A stretch of 64,000 nucleotides of DNA, taken from positions 6,432,001 through 6,496,000 of the forward strand of contig OY762007.1 in NCBI GenBank assembly GCA_963665115.1, written 5' to 3'. This DNA is from an uncultured Rivularia sp. (GTDB lineage: Bacteria > Cyanobacteriota > Cyanobacteriia > Cyanobacteriales > Nostocaceae). The translations under genes were made by a program, and so were the position numbers. The notes beneath the pieces are model-generated. The model did not search any database and had not been told where the DNA came from. It worked only from the letters and a program-made list of their open reading frames with translations. Numbering within the stretch: the first letter of the stretch is position 1; each line of letters opens with the position of its first letter. Below, in pieces: positions 31,438 through 43,017 of this stretch.

Positions 31438-33081
31438 TTATTTTAATTCTTCACTTTTTAATTCTTTTACTATGCGTAAAAATAAATCATCTTGACCGAG
31501 AGAATTGATATAGTTTGCATTTAAATAACGTTGATAACTTGAATTCTTCGTAACATGAGTTTTGAACATTGCCAGAGCTAAATAATTGGTATAATCGCGA
31601 GCTAAATTAGGATAAGGACCGATTACTTGTGAAGGTACAGGAATCGAAGAGTCGGGTGATTCTGCAATTGTAGAAAAGTGGGTTCCACCGTTCATTAATA
31701 CTAAATATTTATTTTCGTTTGTTAACCAAGTAAAAGGTATAATCTGTTCTGGATATGCAGGAGCAACTGTATCGGCAGTACCTGCTACAATCATGACTGG
31801 AATATTTATTTTACTCAAGCCTTCTTGACCGTAAACGCTGCTATCTACTGGATTAATTGCAACTGCTGCTTTAATTCTTGGATCTGACAATTTATAATCA
31901 AATGCGGGTAAACCCAACGCTTGACATTGCAATAATAGCGAAACATTTAAAGTGTTTTGGTCAACGGGACAATCCTTTTGCAACTGCGGGAAATTAATTT
32001 GGGCACCTGCTAATGCTAAAGCAGTATAGCCTCCGAAAGATTGTCCGATTACACCCACTTGTTCCATATTGAAACGTCCTCTGTATTCGGAATCGGAAGC
32101 GGATAGAAATTCGAGGCGGTCTAAAATGTATTTTACATCCAAAGGTCGGTCAACAAATTCTCTGGGTTCTGTAACCTCGTTCGCAATTCCTCCTAACAAT
32201 GCGTCTAATTGTTGAGCATTACTTCCGGGATGTTCGGGTACTGCAACTACAAAGCCGTGGGAAGCGAGAAATTCAGCTAAATAAGCGAAGCTGGTACGGT
32301 CAGAACCTAATCCGTGAGAAATTACAATTACCGGACGAGGTTTTGTTGTTGTTGGTAAGTAAATATCTACAGGAAAACTGCGAATGCGAGATACATCGGT
32401 GAGGGTTCTACTTTCTTTTATATAGGTAAAATTTCCTTTTCGTAGTTGTTCTGAAACAATATTACTTGAAACGGTTTTGTTATTAGCTTCTTTTAAAGAT
32501 TTTTCATTGATTAGTGTAACTGTTTTTTGTGTCCGATTAATAATATTTCTTGCCCGTAATCCAATTTCTAAACTACGGAATAAATCTATTGAAATAGTTT
32601 CAGAAGGAAATTTACGTAGTATATTTATAATATTAAAATTTTCAGATTTATCGGCTGCTAAAATTAATGCGGCACGAGTCCCATAAAATCCACTGCTGCG
32701 ACGATACTTGTCACGAGTTGTTTGTCCGCGATTGCGGAATTCGCTTTGAACTATTTGCGAAAGATTTTCTAAAAGCGTTTCACCAATAGGCGAATATAAG
32801 AATTGAGAAACTTCAACAGCCCCCAAACGAATCGGAGCAAGCAATGCTTCTCTTAATTGTCCTCTATTTTCTTCAGGCACATATTTAAAATAAGCTGCTA
32901 ATTCATCATTTATTTCTCCTGTTTTGGCATAAGTTTCCAAAGAATCAACCGAAATCGACCTTTCAACTATCCCAAAAGAAAGCTTTAACCTTTCCGCACT
33001 CACAGCACGATTAGCAGTTAAAGCAGGTAGACAGGTAATAAAACAGCTTAACGCTGCATTCAGCCAAATTGATTTTCGCAT
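31438..33081 (-). CDS. Alpha/beta hydrolase with N-terminal DUF1400 domain
   Basis: Signal peptide, AERLKLSFG start, ISHGLGS, GQSFGG elbow, GGTHFS. Confidence 0.88.
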   Translation of the reverse strand: MRKSIWLNAALSCFITCLPALTANRAVSAERLKLSFGIVERSISVDSLETYAKTGEINDELAAYFKYVPEENRGQLREALLAPIRLGAVEVSQFLYSPIGETLLENLSQIVQSEFRNRGQTTRDKYRRSSGFYGTRAALILAADKSENFNIINILRKFPSETISIDLFRSLEIGLRARNIINRTQKTVTLINEKSLKEANNKTVSSNIVSEQLRKGNFTYIKESRTLTDVSRIRSFPVDIYLPTTTKPRPVIVISHGLGSDRTSFAYLAEFLASHGFVVAVPEHPGSNAQQLDALLGGIANEVTEPREFVDRPLDVKYILDRLEFLSASDSEYRGRFNMEQVGVIGQSFGGYTALALAGAQINFPQLQKDCPVDQNTLNVSLLLQCQALGLPAFDYKLSDPRIKAAVAINPVDSSVYGQEGLSKINIPVMIVAGTADTVAPAYPEQIIPFTWLTNENKYLVLMNGGTHFSTIAESPDSSIPVPSQVIGPYPNLARDYTNYLALAMFKTHVTKNSSYQRYLNANYINSLGQDDLFLRIVKELKSEELK

Positions 33082-33101
33082 ATGAACAGTGAGCAGTTAT
33101 T

Positions 33102-33185
33102 AAGGTTAAAGGTTAAAGGTCAAAGGTTAAAGGTTAAAGGTTAAAATTCCCCCTTGTCCCCTTGTCTCCCCATCTCCCTATCTCC
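33102..33185 (+). repeat. STRR arrays (AAAGGTT heptamers; CCCTTGTC/CCCCATCT octamers)
   Basis: Tandem short repeats visible in intergenic sequence. Confidence 0.75.
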
Positions 33186-34001
33186 CTAACCCTGCCCAGA
33201 CCAGGGTTCGAGGAAGTCGGGATAAAGCGTTAGTCCGCCGTCAATGTATAAAGTTTGACCGGTGATGTAAGCTGCTTCGTCGGAACATAAAAAAGCTGTT
33301 ACCGCTGCCATTTCTTCGGAGGTACCCGCTCTACCCATTGGTATATGGCTTTCTACGTTTGCTTTTTTTTCTGGATCGTCCGTCCAAGCATCGTTGATGG
33401 GGGTTATGGTTGCACCAGGTGCGATCGCATTGACTCGAATTCCTCTTCTAGCATATTCTAGCGCTAAGGTACGAGTTAAATTTTGCATTCCGCCTTTACT
33501 AACTGAATAACTGATATATTGTGGTCTGGGTATGATTTGGTGAACGCTAGAAACGTTGATGATACTTCCACCATTACCCGCATTCAGAAACATTTTAATT
33601 GCTTCTCTGGCGCATAAATAAGCACCTTTTAAATTAACGTCAATTACTTTCTCAAATTCTTCAAATTCAATTTCGTGTGCTGCTCCAGCCGTTTGAATTC
33701 CTGCGTTATTAATTAAAATATCTAATCCGCCGAATTCTTTTTTTACTTCGGCAAACATTTCTACAATATCTGATTCCTTAGATACATCGGCTTGCACCAA
33801 TATTTCTCTACCTTCACAACCGCAACGGGCATCGGTGCAGGCTTTATAAATCAGTTTTTCGGTATCTTCGGCATCTTCAGGACTTTTTCGATAGTTAATC
33901 GCTACATTCGCGCCTTCTTGAGCAAATCTAACGGCAATTGATTGACCGATTCCCGAAGTTGCACCTGTAACTAGAACGTTTTTTCCGCTAATTCCTTTCA
34001 T
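33186..34001 (-). CDS. Glucose 1-dehydrogenase-like SDR
   Basis: TGATSGIG, NNAGIQ, SSVHQIIP, YSVSKGG. Confidence 0.9.
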   Translation of the reverse strand: MKGISGKNVLVTGATSGIGQSIAVRFAQEGANVAINYRKSPEDAEDTEKLIYKACTDARCGCEGREILVQADVSKESDIVEMFAEVKKEFGGLDILINNAGIQTAGAAHEIEFEEFEKVIDVNLKGAYLCAREAIKMFLNAGNGGSIINVSSVHQIIPRPQYISYSVSKGGMQNLTRTLALEYARRGIRVNAIAPGATITPINDAWTDDPEKKANVESHIPMGRAGTSEEMAAVTAFLCSDEAAYITGQTLYIDGGLTLYPDFLEPWSGQG

Positions 34002-34225
34002 GAAAAAATATTGGTAATTTAGTAATACAGTGTTTCTTGGTTGAGTGTATTATATTAACGCGCTTATCCCTTCCATCTATAGTTGTAATGTAGGTGAAAA
34101 TGAACGGGGAAGAAGGAAGAGGGAACAGAAACCGTACTGATTATTTTTTCTTTATTCAAATAGTTTTCCTATATGTCCCAGGCGATCGCTTAATAGAAAA
34201 GCTCCAAACCATGAATATCCGGAAG

Positions 34226-34765
34226 TCAAAATGTAATATAAAGTCCTTTCTTTGAAACTAAAGCATCCAAAAGCATTTTTTTTAGAGTAGCTAGATCGGG
34301 TAGATTATGCAATTTTTCATTTGATAATGAATTAAGCAACTCTACATTTTGCTTTACTTTTTCTGGAGATTGAAAATAAGAGCCTTGTTTACCTGGGTTA
34401 AAATAATTTTCTGATGAAGCAAATATAGTACCTAATAATGGAGATATGTCTACATTTAGTTCTTGTAAAAGTAAATCATCAAGCTGCATCCAATCATAGC
34501 TCATCCCAATATCATCGTCGGGATTATAGTATTTGGTTATTGCAAAATCACCATACTCATTAACATCTCCTACTTCTAAAAATTCTTTCCAAGAAGAATC
34601 TAAATATTTTCCTTCATCTGGATGTTTTAGATATAGTAAGTTGTTTTCGATAAAAGCTATTAATTGATTACTTTCATTTTTTGCAATAGCGTTTTCTAAA
34701 ATTTCTGCTAATTCTTTGACAAAAGCATCGTAATCAAAGATAAAAGCTTTATGCTCCATTGTCAT
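34226..34765 (-). CDS. Hypothetical acidic protein (~179 aa)
   Basis: Open frame from ATG 34765 (MTMEHKAF); the upstream extension runs into repeat sequence. Confidence 0.65.
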   Translation of the reverse strand: MTMEHKAFIFDYDAFVKELAEILENAIAKNESNQLIAFIENNLLYLKHPDEGKYLDSSWKEFLEVGDVNEYGDFAITKYYNPDDDIGMSYDWMQLDDLLLQELNVDISPLLGTIFASSENYFNPGKQGSYFQSPEKVKQNVELLNSLSNEKLHNLPDLATLKKMLLDALVSKKGLYITF

Positions 34766-34792
34766 TTTATTAATTTCATTAACTAGGGTAAG

Positions 34793-35088
34793 TTCACATC
34801 TTGCACCATTTTCAACATCGCCGGAAAATTCCATTTCTTGCTCTTAAGGGAAAGTTCTATAAAATTCACATCTTGCACTATTGTCACCACCGCTTTGGAA
34901 TAAATTCTCCGCAGTTGCTACAACCGAGGGAACCTCGGCAACGCACTGCTCTCCAGGCTCAAACACAAAGTCTGATTTATCAGACTGGGTAAGGTTTTAG
35001 TGCGTTTCAACGTACTTTGTATATGAGCCTCGGAATTGATTCCGAGGGTGTTTTAAAAGCAGCTTTGGAAGTGTTGCAAGATGTGAAT
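34793..35088. mobile_element. MITE-like element (TIR TTCACATCTTGCA, 34864-35088) with an extra left TIR at 34793 and a nested 44-bp insert
   Basis: attcacatcttgca...tgcaagatgtgaat; nested hairpin 34911-34954 flanked by a TCTCC direct repeat. Confidence 0.75.
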
Positions 35089-35163
35089 AAGCTCTTACAA
35101 TGCTGCGTTAGGCTGAAGCCGTAACACACCATTTCAAAATCGAGCCTTTACTACAAACAAAAC

Positions 35164-36949
35164 CTACTCTTTACTTTCTTTAGATTGATTTTGATTTGAA
35201 TTATGATTATTATTCAATAAATCAAGTATGCTTCCTTGAGGGAAAATTCCCCAACCTGGTGTCGTATAATTTTTTGGCAGATATTCTTCTGGAATTGTAA
35301 TTTGGCTACCGTCTCGCACTGCGGAATAATGTGGTGAAAGAATTTCTATTCCTGCTTCGTTACATTTATCTTGAAGATTTTGATGCAATTCTGAATAAAT
35401 ACGAGCCATTATACTCGGATTGCGAGTAAAAGCATTCAATTCGTAACTTACATAAAAGTCATCTAAACTCGTTTGCAGTACAAAAGGTTCTGGTTCGGAA
35501 AGCAGATGTGTTGTTGATTTTGCTGCGTCAACTAATACTTGATGTACTTTGCGCCAAGGTACGTCATAACCTAATGTGATGGTAGTGTGTAGGATTAACG
35601 GCGCTTGATTGGGGTCTAATTCCGCAGCGGTATAGTTAACAATTTGATTTGTAAAAACACTGGTATTAGGAAGGGTAATAATTACGTTTTTGACAGTACG
35701 CATACGGGTAACAAACAACGTTTTTTCTACTACATCACCAACAGCATCGCCGATTTTTATTCTGTCTCCAATTTGAAAAGCCCGAGTGTAAATTAAAATA
35801 ATTCCGGCGACAACGTTGGCTACTACGACGCTAGAACCCAAAGATAAAAGTAAACCTAAAAATAGCGATATTCCTTGAAATGCGGGAGAACCAAATCCCG
35901 GTAAATAAGGAAAGGCAATTACTGCTGCTAATATGACAGTTAAAAATACCGATAATTTAAAAGTAGGTTCTGCCCATTCTTGGTAAAAGCCTTGAATCGT
36001 TAAATTTCCGTTACCTATAGAGGTAAAGAAATTTCTCATTAACTTAATTAAGTAGTAAGTAATGAAAAGGATGATAGCAAGAGCAAAAAGATTCGGTAAA
36101 TAACTGAGAAATGCTTCCCAGGAGTGTTCTGCTGCTTGCAAGAAATATCTAAATACCCTCAAACTAATTTGTCTTGTCCAAGGGAAGAAGCTCATTACCA
36201 GGGGTACATATATTACAAATGCGCCCAAGGTAAATAAAAATCTTAATAATTTGAGTAAAGAAACTAATATTTGATGAATTCGGGTAGCTGTGAATAATTC
36301 AAAGTTTTGAATTCTGATTGCCCGAAATCGCGTACTTTGTAAATTATTTACTTTTCTATAAAGCCAGGGAAAGATAAAGCCAAGTAAAATTAGTGTCGCT
36401 ACAAGCAGAAACTGTTGCGATTAAGCTATTAAATATTCCTTGACGAATGTAGTCTGGACTGCGTTCAATGCGATATTGAGTTATTGTCTTTTGAATTTGT
36501 TCTTGATAGTTTCTAGCTAATTCCTGTCGGGATTGGTCGGTAGCGCGTGCATCTGCATCTGTTATAGTTAACAGTATGCGATTATCTACGGTTAAATTAG
36601 TAGTTAAAGGTTTGTCATCGATTCTAATTCGTTCTACCGCAATTGTTGTGTCTTCGGCAAGTTTAAGAATACGATTAGTTAGCGCCATAGCACGTTCTTC
36701 AGGAGAAAATGCTCCGACTCCAGCGCGAATTTTAAAAAGTTCTTCTCCTCCAAGTTCTACAGTTGCCCCTTTATTTATGGAATTAATCGCAGGGGTTTGA
36801 GTAGGTGTGGGAGCTGGTACTTGGGCGTGAGTTGGTGAAAAGGGAACAATAGTAAGTAAAAAATACAGAGTAATAGACGCAACAAAATAAAAAAATCTTT
36901 TCAAGAAAGTATTTAACTTTCTTTTTTGCGATTGCCAATAACTTTTCAT
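35164..36949 (-). CDS. MscS family mechanosensitive ion channel (~594 aa); frameshift at 36409-36411
   Basis: N-terminal FSPEERA periplasmic domain; PYLPGFGSPAF, RAFQIGDRIKIGD, LGYDVPW. Removing one base joins the two ORFs. Confidence 0.88.
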
Positions 36950-37054
36950 TTAAGATGATAAAACTGAAGTGTCAACAATATAGTTGAATAATTATTAGTT
37001 CGCCAGTATTCGTAACGACTTTGTAATTTATAATGTCCCTATATCATAGGAAAG

Positions 37055-37080
37055 AGAGACGTAAAATTTTACGTCTCTAC
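37055..37080 (-). repeat. GTAG-type REP-like palindrome
   Basis: agagacgtaaaattttacgtctctac. Confidence 0.8.
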
Positions 37081-37123
37081 ATTATTGATTATTTTGTGCG
37101 ATGGCGACGACGCAACGTTAGTA

Positions 37124-37585
37124 TTATTGGTTGAAATTAGTCGCTACACCTAAAACTGCGGTGAAATCTCTATTATCTTCAAATAATCCCAGGTTTACAC
37201 TGCCAACTGCGGTGAGACGTTTGTTGATACGATAGTCAGCACCAGTAGTTAAAACGCCACCAAACTGGGTATTCTCAGTAGTTACGCCAGCACCAGCACC
37301 GATAAACGGACGCAATCCACCATCAGTTTGACCGAAATCGTAGGTAACTGGTACGTATATTGTGGCGTGCCTGTTGCCTTCTTCAAAAAGTTTGGTTGTT
37401 GCCATTGGGCGTACTGAAAAACGGTTGTTGATCGAAAGTTTGCTTTCAAATGCTGCACCGCGATTAGAAGCACCTACACCAAAGTAGTTGAGGGGTTTTT
37501 CTTGTGCGAAAACACTCATAGGTGCGGTAACTGCAACTGTGCAAGCGAAACCAATGGAGATTAAGGAAGCAATGGAGAATTTCAT
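37124..37585 (-). CDS. Small outer-membrane beta-barrel-like protein
   Basis: Signal peptide, alternating beta-strand pattern, PFIGAGAG, near-terminal Phe. Confidence 0.7.
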   Translation of the reverse strand: MKFSIASLISIGFACTVAVTAPMSVFAQEKPLNYFGVGASNRGAAFESKLSINNRFSVRPMATTKLFEEGNRHATIYVPVTYDFGQTDGGLRPFIGAGAGVTTENTQFGGVLTTGADYRINKRLTAVGSVNLGLFEDNRDFTAVLGVATNFNQ

Positions 37586-37766
37586 GATTATTAACCTTCA
37601 AAAAATAGTTTTAGTTGTTTGTACCTTGTCTCTCTACATCAAAAGCAGCGATCAATAACTACTTTTATTGGCAGACAGAATCGTATTTGAATTAGGAAAA
37701 ATTTCGTACTACAATTGCATTCGTCTCGCAACAAAACTACGGACGTTTACAAGTATTAATCAAGTT

Positions 37767-37813
37767 AGTCCACGCAGGTAGACTTTGCTTATGTAGTTGC
37801 GGTTTAAACCGCC
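37767..37813. repeat. Double-hairpin small dispersed repeat
   Basis: agtccacgcaggtagactttg...gtag..gcggtttaaaccgc; related to 44239-44292. Confidence 0.6.
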
Positions 37814-38452
37814 GGGGAAATGAAAAATGTATCGTTCTTTTGCTGTTTCAAAGCAGAAAACCTTTCTACTTAATCGCCTGGATTCACTTTTTTTAAACCG
37901 CCTTTTAACGGGTTATTGAGTTGTTAGAGATTGCTCTCTCATGTATATAGATATATCTTATCCGAAATTCACGCTGTTATTCTTATATGTCACTATCGTA
38001 ACTGGCACTTAAACGGAATTACTCCCAACGCACTCTATAATTACCTATTTCTGTTATGGAATGGGCAATAGTTTTGTAAAATTACCCGAACCCATACCCC
38101 TATTTTTTTTAAGAAATAATAGAAATCCTGTGATATCAGACTTTTCTATCTTGAGTACACAGCATAATAAGTACGAAATATTGTCATGCCTAAGAATGAG
38201 ATATTGGTACATCAGGGTTTGAAGAGGTAATGGGTAACATGAATAATCAATATTAATTTATCAAAGCGTATTAAGCTTTTAACTGCTTTTTGATAATACA
38301 TTTGAGGTCAAAACTGATAAATAAAATAAAACTTTGAATTTGCAATTGCTTTTATATATAAAACTACTAATTAATTTTTACTCCTCGTAGCTTTGCAACC
38401 AATCCCCAATGCCCAATCCCCAATTCCCTTAACCTTATTTATAGAAAAAATT

Positions 38453-41400
38453 ATGAACAAATTTGCAACAATTGATGGAAATGAAGCGGTTGCTCGGGTT
38501 GCTTACCCCTTAAATGAAGTTATTGCGATTTATCCCATCACTCCTTCTTCCTCGATGGGAGAATGGGCTGATGCTTGGGCTGCTGGGGGAAATCGCAATT
38601 TATGGGGTACTATACCGAGCGTGGTTGAGATGCAAAGTGAAGGTGGTGCTGCGGCTGCGGTGCATGGTGCTTTACAAACGGGTTCGCTGACTACTACTTT
38701 CACTGCATCTCAAGGTTTGCTGTTGATGATTCCCAACCTGTACAAAATTGCCGGGGAACTCACCAGTGCCGTTATCCATGTTGCAGCGCGTTCCCTGGCT
38801 ACTCATGCTCTCTCGATTTTTGGCGATCAAAGTGATGTAATGGCGGCTCGCGCAACGGGTTTCGCGATGTTGTGTTCGGCTTCGGTACAGGAAGCACACG
38901 ATTTTGCCCTGATTGCTCAAGCTGCGACTCTCAAAGCAAGAGTGCCATTTCTGCACTTTTTTGACGGTTTCCGCACTTCCCATGAAATTCAAAAGGTAGA
39001 ACTTTTACAAAAAGAAGATTTGGAGGCTTTAATTGATGATGAATTAGTCTTTGCCCACAGAAACCGCGCTTTAACTCCCGATAACCCAGTTTTGCGCGGT
39101 ACGGCACAAAATCCCGATGTTTATTTCCAAGCCCGCGAGCGGATTAATCCTTATTATGATGCCTGCCCTGGAATTGTCCAGCAGGTAATGGATGATTTTG
39201 GAAAACAAACTGGTAGATATTATCGGATTTTTGAATACTACGGTGCCCCAGATGCCGAGCGGGTAATAGTTTTGATGGGTTCGGGTTGTGAGACGGTACA
39301 TGAAACTATCGATTATCTCAATGCTCGCGGTGAAAAGTTAGGTGTTGTCAAAGTTAGGTTATTCCGTCCCTTTGACGCGCATCAACTGATCGAAGCTTTG
39401 CCCGATACCGTAAGAGCGATCGCCGTTTTAGATCGTACCAAGGAACCCGGTAGCGCTGGGGAAACCTTTGTATTTGGACGTTGTAACGGCAATTTATCAG
39501 AATTGGGACAAGGGGAGTTTTCCTAAAATAGTCGGTGGAAGGTATGGACTTTCTTCCAAGGAATTTACACCAGCGATGGTACTGGCTATTTACGCAAATT
39601 TAGCTAAGGAAAAACCGCAAAATAATTTTACTGTTGGTATCAATGACGACTTAACTAATACTTCTTTAAGTTACGATTCTAGTTTTTCGACAGAAGCCGA
39701 TAACGTTGTCAGGGCGATGTTTTACGGTTTGGGTTCGGATGGAACTGTCGGAGCAAATAAGAACTCTATCAAAATTATTGGTGAGGAAACAGACAATTAC
39801 GCTCAAGGCTATTTTGTCTACGACTCAAAAAAATCGGGTTCGATGACGGTTTCTCACTTGCGTTTTGGTTCTCAGTTAATTCGCTCTACATATTTAATCG
39901 ACAAAGCGAATTTTATCGGTTGTCATCAATGGACATTTTTAGAAAAAGTTGATGTACTTAAAAGTGCCGTTACTGGTGCGACATTTTTGTTAAACAGTCC
40001 CTACGATGCCGATACCGTATGGCAACATATTCCCGCTAACATACAGCAGGAAATTATTGACAAGCAGCTGAGATTTTACGTTATTAATGCCGATAAAGTT
40101 GCTCGCGACAGCGGTATGGGTAGAAGAATCAATACCATAATGCAAACCTGTTTCTTTGCTTTAGCAGGTGTTTTACCACAAGATGAAGCCATAGAAAAAA
40201 TTAAATATTCTATTAAAAAGACTTACGGTAAAAAAGGCGATAAAATCGTCGCCATGAATTTGCAAGCGGTAGATAATACCCTAGATAATTTACACAAAGT
40301 AGAAATTAACAAATCCCCATGTAGAGACGTTGCACTGCAACGTCTCCCAGAATCCCCGCTGCAAATAATAATGGCTGGAAGAGGAGACGAATTACCTGTA
40401 AGCGTATTAACTGCTGACGGAACTTTTCCCACTGGTACTTCCAAATTAGAAAAACGCAATGTAGCTCAAGAGATTCCCGTTTGGGAAGAGGATGTCTGCG
40501 TTCAGTGCGGTAAGTGCGTTATGGTTTGTCCTCATGCTGCGATTCGCGCTAAGGTTTATCAGGAAGGTGAATTGAGTAATGCTCCGGCAACTTTTAAATT
40601 TACTGATGCTAGAGATAAGGCTTTTGCCGGAGAAAAATTTACTATTCAAGTAGCGCCTTCCGACTGTACTGGATGTACCATTTGTGTCGATATTTGTCCC
40701 GCGAAAGATAAGACAAATCCCGAACGTAAAGCAATTAATATGGAATCACAGTTGCCTCTACGAGAGCAAGAAACAGAAAACTGGGATTATTTCCTTAAAT
40801 TGCCGCTGACAGATAGAAATAAACTTAAATTAAATCAAATTCGCCAGCAACAATTACAAGAACCATTATTTGAATTTTCCGGTGCTTGTGCTGGATGTGG
40901 CGAAACGCCCTACTTAAAATTACTGAGTCAATTATTTGGCGATCGCTCTATCATTGCCAACGCTACGGGATGCTCGTCTATCTTCGGTGGCAACCTGCCG
41001 ACAACACCTTGGACGAAAAATGCCGAAGGCAGAGGTCCGGCTTGGTCGAATAGTTTGTTTGAAGATAACGCGGAATTCGGTTTTGGTTTCCGGTTATCGG
41101 TTGATAAGAAAGCGGAATATGCTGCGGAGTTGTTACAAGAATTGGCATATGGGGAAGATTATAAAGGTTTACTTCCTTCTGGTTTAGCAGGGTTTATTGT
41201 AAATGCACCCCAGAAAACTGAAGCTGATATTTGGGAGCAGAGAGAAAGGATTGAGTTGTTAAAACAGAAGTTGTCAGAAAACTCCACTAATCCAAAATCC
41301 GTCTTGGAAAGTTTTGGGGGAAGAAAATCTACACCCCAAACTTTCCGCAAAATCCAAAATCTAAAATCCCTTGCTGACTATTTAGTGAGAAAGAGCGTTT

Positions 41401-42050
41401 GGATAGTTGGCGGTGATGGCTGGGCTTACGATATCGACTTTGGAGGATTGGATCACGTACTTGCCAGCGGACGTAATGTCAATGTTTTGGTAATGGACAC
41501 AGAAGTATATTCCAATACTGGCGGTCAATCATCCAAATCCACACCTAAAGCAGCAGTCGCTAAATTTGCCGCTAGCGGTAAGCCCGCAGCGAAAAAAGAC
41601 CTGGGATTGATTGCGATGACATACGGAAATATCTACGTAGCCAGCGTAGCATTAGGAGCTAAAGACGAACATACCCTGAAAGCATTTTTAGAAGCAGAAG
41701 CATACGAAGGACCATCATTAATAATTGCTTACAGCCATTGCATCGCTCACGGAATCGATATGGGTACAGCAATGAGCAATCAAAAAGCATTAGTAGAATC
41801 GGGAAGATGGTTACTTTATCGCTACAATCCCGACTTAGTTAAACAAGGTAAAAATCCCTTGCAGCTAGATATGAGAGAGCCGAAAAATTCTCCAGAAGAA
41901 TCAATGTACAAAGAAAATCGGTTCAAAATGTTGAAGAAAAGTAAACCGGAAATTGCAAAACAGTTGATGGAAGAAGCGGAATTAGAGGTAAATCAAAGAT
42001 GGAAAATGTATGAATATTTAGCAGCGAGGAAAGTTGAGAAAGAAGAATAA
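38453..42050 (+). CDS. nifJ: Pyruvate:ferredoxin/flavodoxin oxidoreductase (~1,198 aa); frameshift at 39462-39464
   Basis: IYPITPS, EMQSEGGA, GLGSDGTVGA, two CxxCxxCxxxCP motifs, GACAGCGE, GGDGWAYD. Removing one A restores GEPLYLDV. Confidence 0.95.
40321..40346 (+). repeat. GTAGAGACG REP-like palindrome in frame in nifJ (CRDVALQRL)
   Basis: gtagagacgttgcactgcaacgtctc. Confidence 0.82.
41289..41369 (+). repeat. AAAATCC-STRR-flanked hairpin element in frame in nifJ
   Basis: Nearly identical to intergenic 56229-56307; encodes NPKSVLESFGGRKSTPQTFRKIQNLKS. Confidence 0.85.
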
Positions 42051-42072
42051 AGAATAGTAAAAAATAAATCTT

Positions 42073-42104
42073 GTAGGGTGTGTTATCGCGGAGCGTAACG
42101 CACC
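42073..42104 (+). repeat. GTAGGGTG REP-like palindrome
   Basis: gtagggtgtgttatcgcggagcgtaacgcacc. Confidence 0.75.
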
Positions 42105-42184
42105 ATTTTTTAGTTAAATTTGATATATTTTTCGTGAAGCTGGGAACAATAAAAACATGAATGTTATGTACATAGAATTAAATC

Positions 42185-42589
42185 ATGTTTATACTAGTCA
42201 TTCTTTATCTCGGACTTTGTTCAGCGTCAATAGTAGTATCTCAGAGAATAGAATTTTTACTAAGCCATTTTTTAAGCAAAAATCCAGTCATTACCAATGA
42301 AGTTGTATTGAGTGAATATAAATCTACAGTACGTAAATGTATGCATTTAACACTTACTCAAATTGGAATTATAGTAGTTTCGATATGTATATGTATTGCC
42401 TTCATTTGGTATAAAGGTTTCTCTGGAGCCTTTGCAATCACTGTCTTAGGGGGTGCTTTAGGCTTTGGACAAGAAGCAGCGAAATTAGAAGAAAAAGCGA
42501 AAACGCTTGATTGTGCTAATAGCGATTTAGAACAGCAATATCAAAAAATCCTTGATACTTGGGGGAAAAAACCCCTTCCTGATTTTTGA
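42185..42589 (+). CDS. Hypothetical membrane protein
   Basis: 134-aa ORF with three hydrophobic segments. Confidence 0.65.
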   Translation: MFILVILYLGLCSASIVVSQRIEFLLSHFLSKNPVITNEVVLSEYKSTVRKCMHLTLTQIGIIVVSICICIAFIWYKGFSGAFAITVLGGALGFGQEAAKLEEKAKTLDCANSDLEQQYQKILDTWGKKPLPDF

Positions 42590-42716
42590 AACATCCTATA
42601 AATTCATTTCCCAATCATCAGGAGAAATAGCGGATTCATTAGGGTTTGCTAAATAAGCGGCTTTGTTGCATTATTTTGCGCCTTTAACCCAACCTACTAT
42701 TTATTCCGAATACTCC

Positions 42717-42905
42717 TTATCCATACGGGTACTCAATCCAATCTGCGATATCTATTATCATTTCCGTTAAACTGAGATATTTAATTCTCGGTTCCCAATC
42801 ATAATTTTCTAATAAATCGTCATGGTTAATTTGAATAATTGGGGCAGTTTTACGTTGCACAGAATCTCCTCGAATTACACAAATCAACTCTTCATATTGA
42901 CTTAT
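42717..42905 (-). pseudogene. 5'-truncated gene fragment, possibly the C-terminus of an SMI1/KNR4-like protein
   Basis: ...APIIQI...PRIKYLSLTEMIIDIADW; the ORF's N-terminus is translated REP sequence. Family call is tentative. Confidence 0.4.
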
Positions 42906-42910
42906 AGTTT

Positions 42911-42989
42911 GTAGGTTGGGTTGAACGAAGTGAAACCCAACATCAACAACTGCTGCTTTTGTTGGGCTGCGTTCCTTAGCCCAACCTAC
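42911..42989. repeat. REP doublet (REPIN-like), GTAGGTTGGG family
   Basis: gtaggttgggtt...aacccaac and gttgggct...agcccaacctac in inverted orientation; half copy at 42686-42697. Confidence 0.85.
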
Positions 42990-43017
42990 TATCTGATAAT
43001 AACTGCGACATAATAAT

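Noticed and set aside
37600..38450. NtcA or Fur sites, or an ncRNA, upstream of nifJ
   Set aside because: No convincing GTA-N8-TAC, Fur palindrome or recognisable RNA structure found by eye
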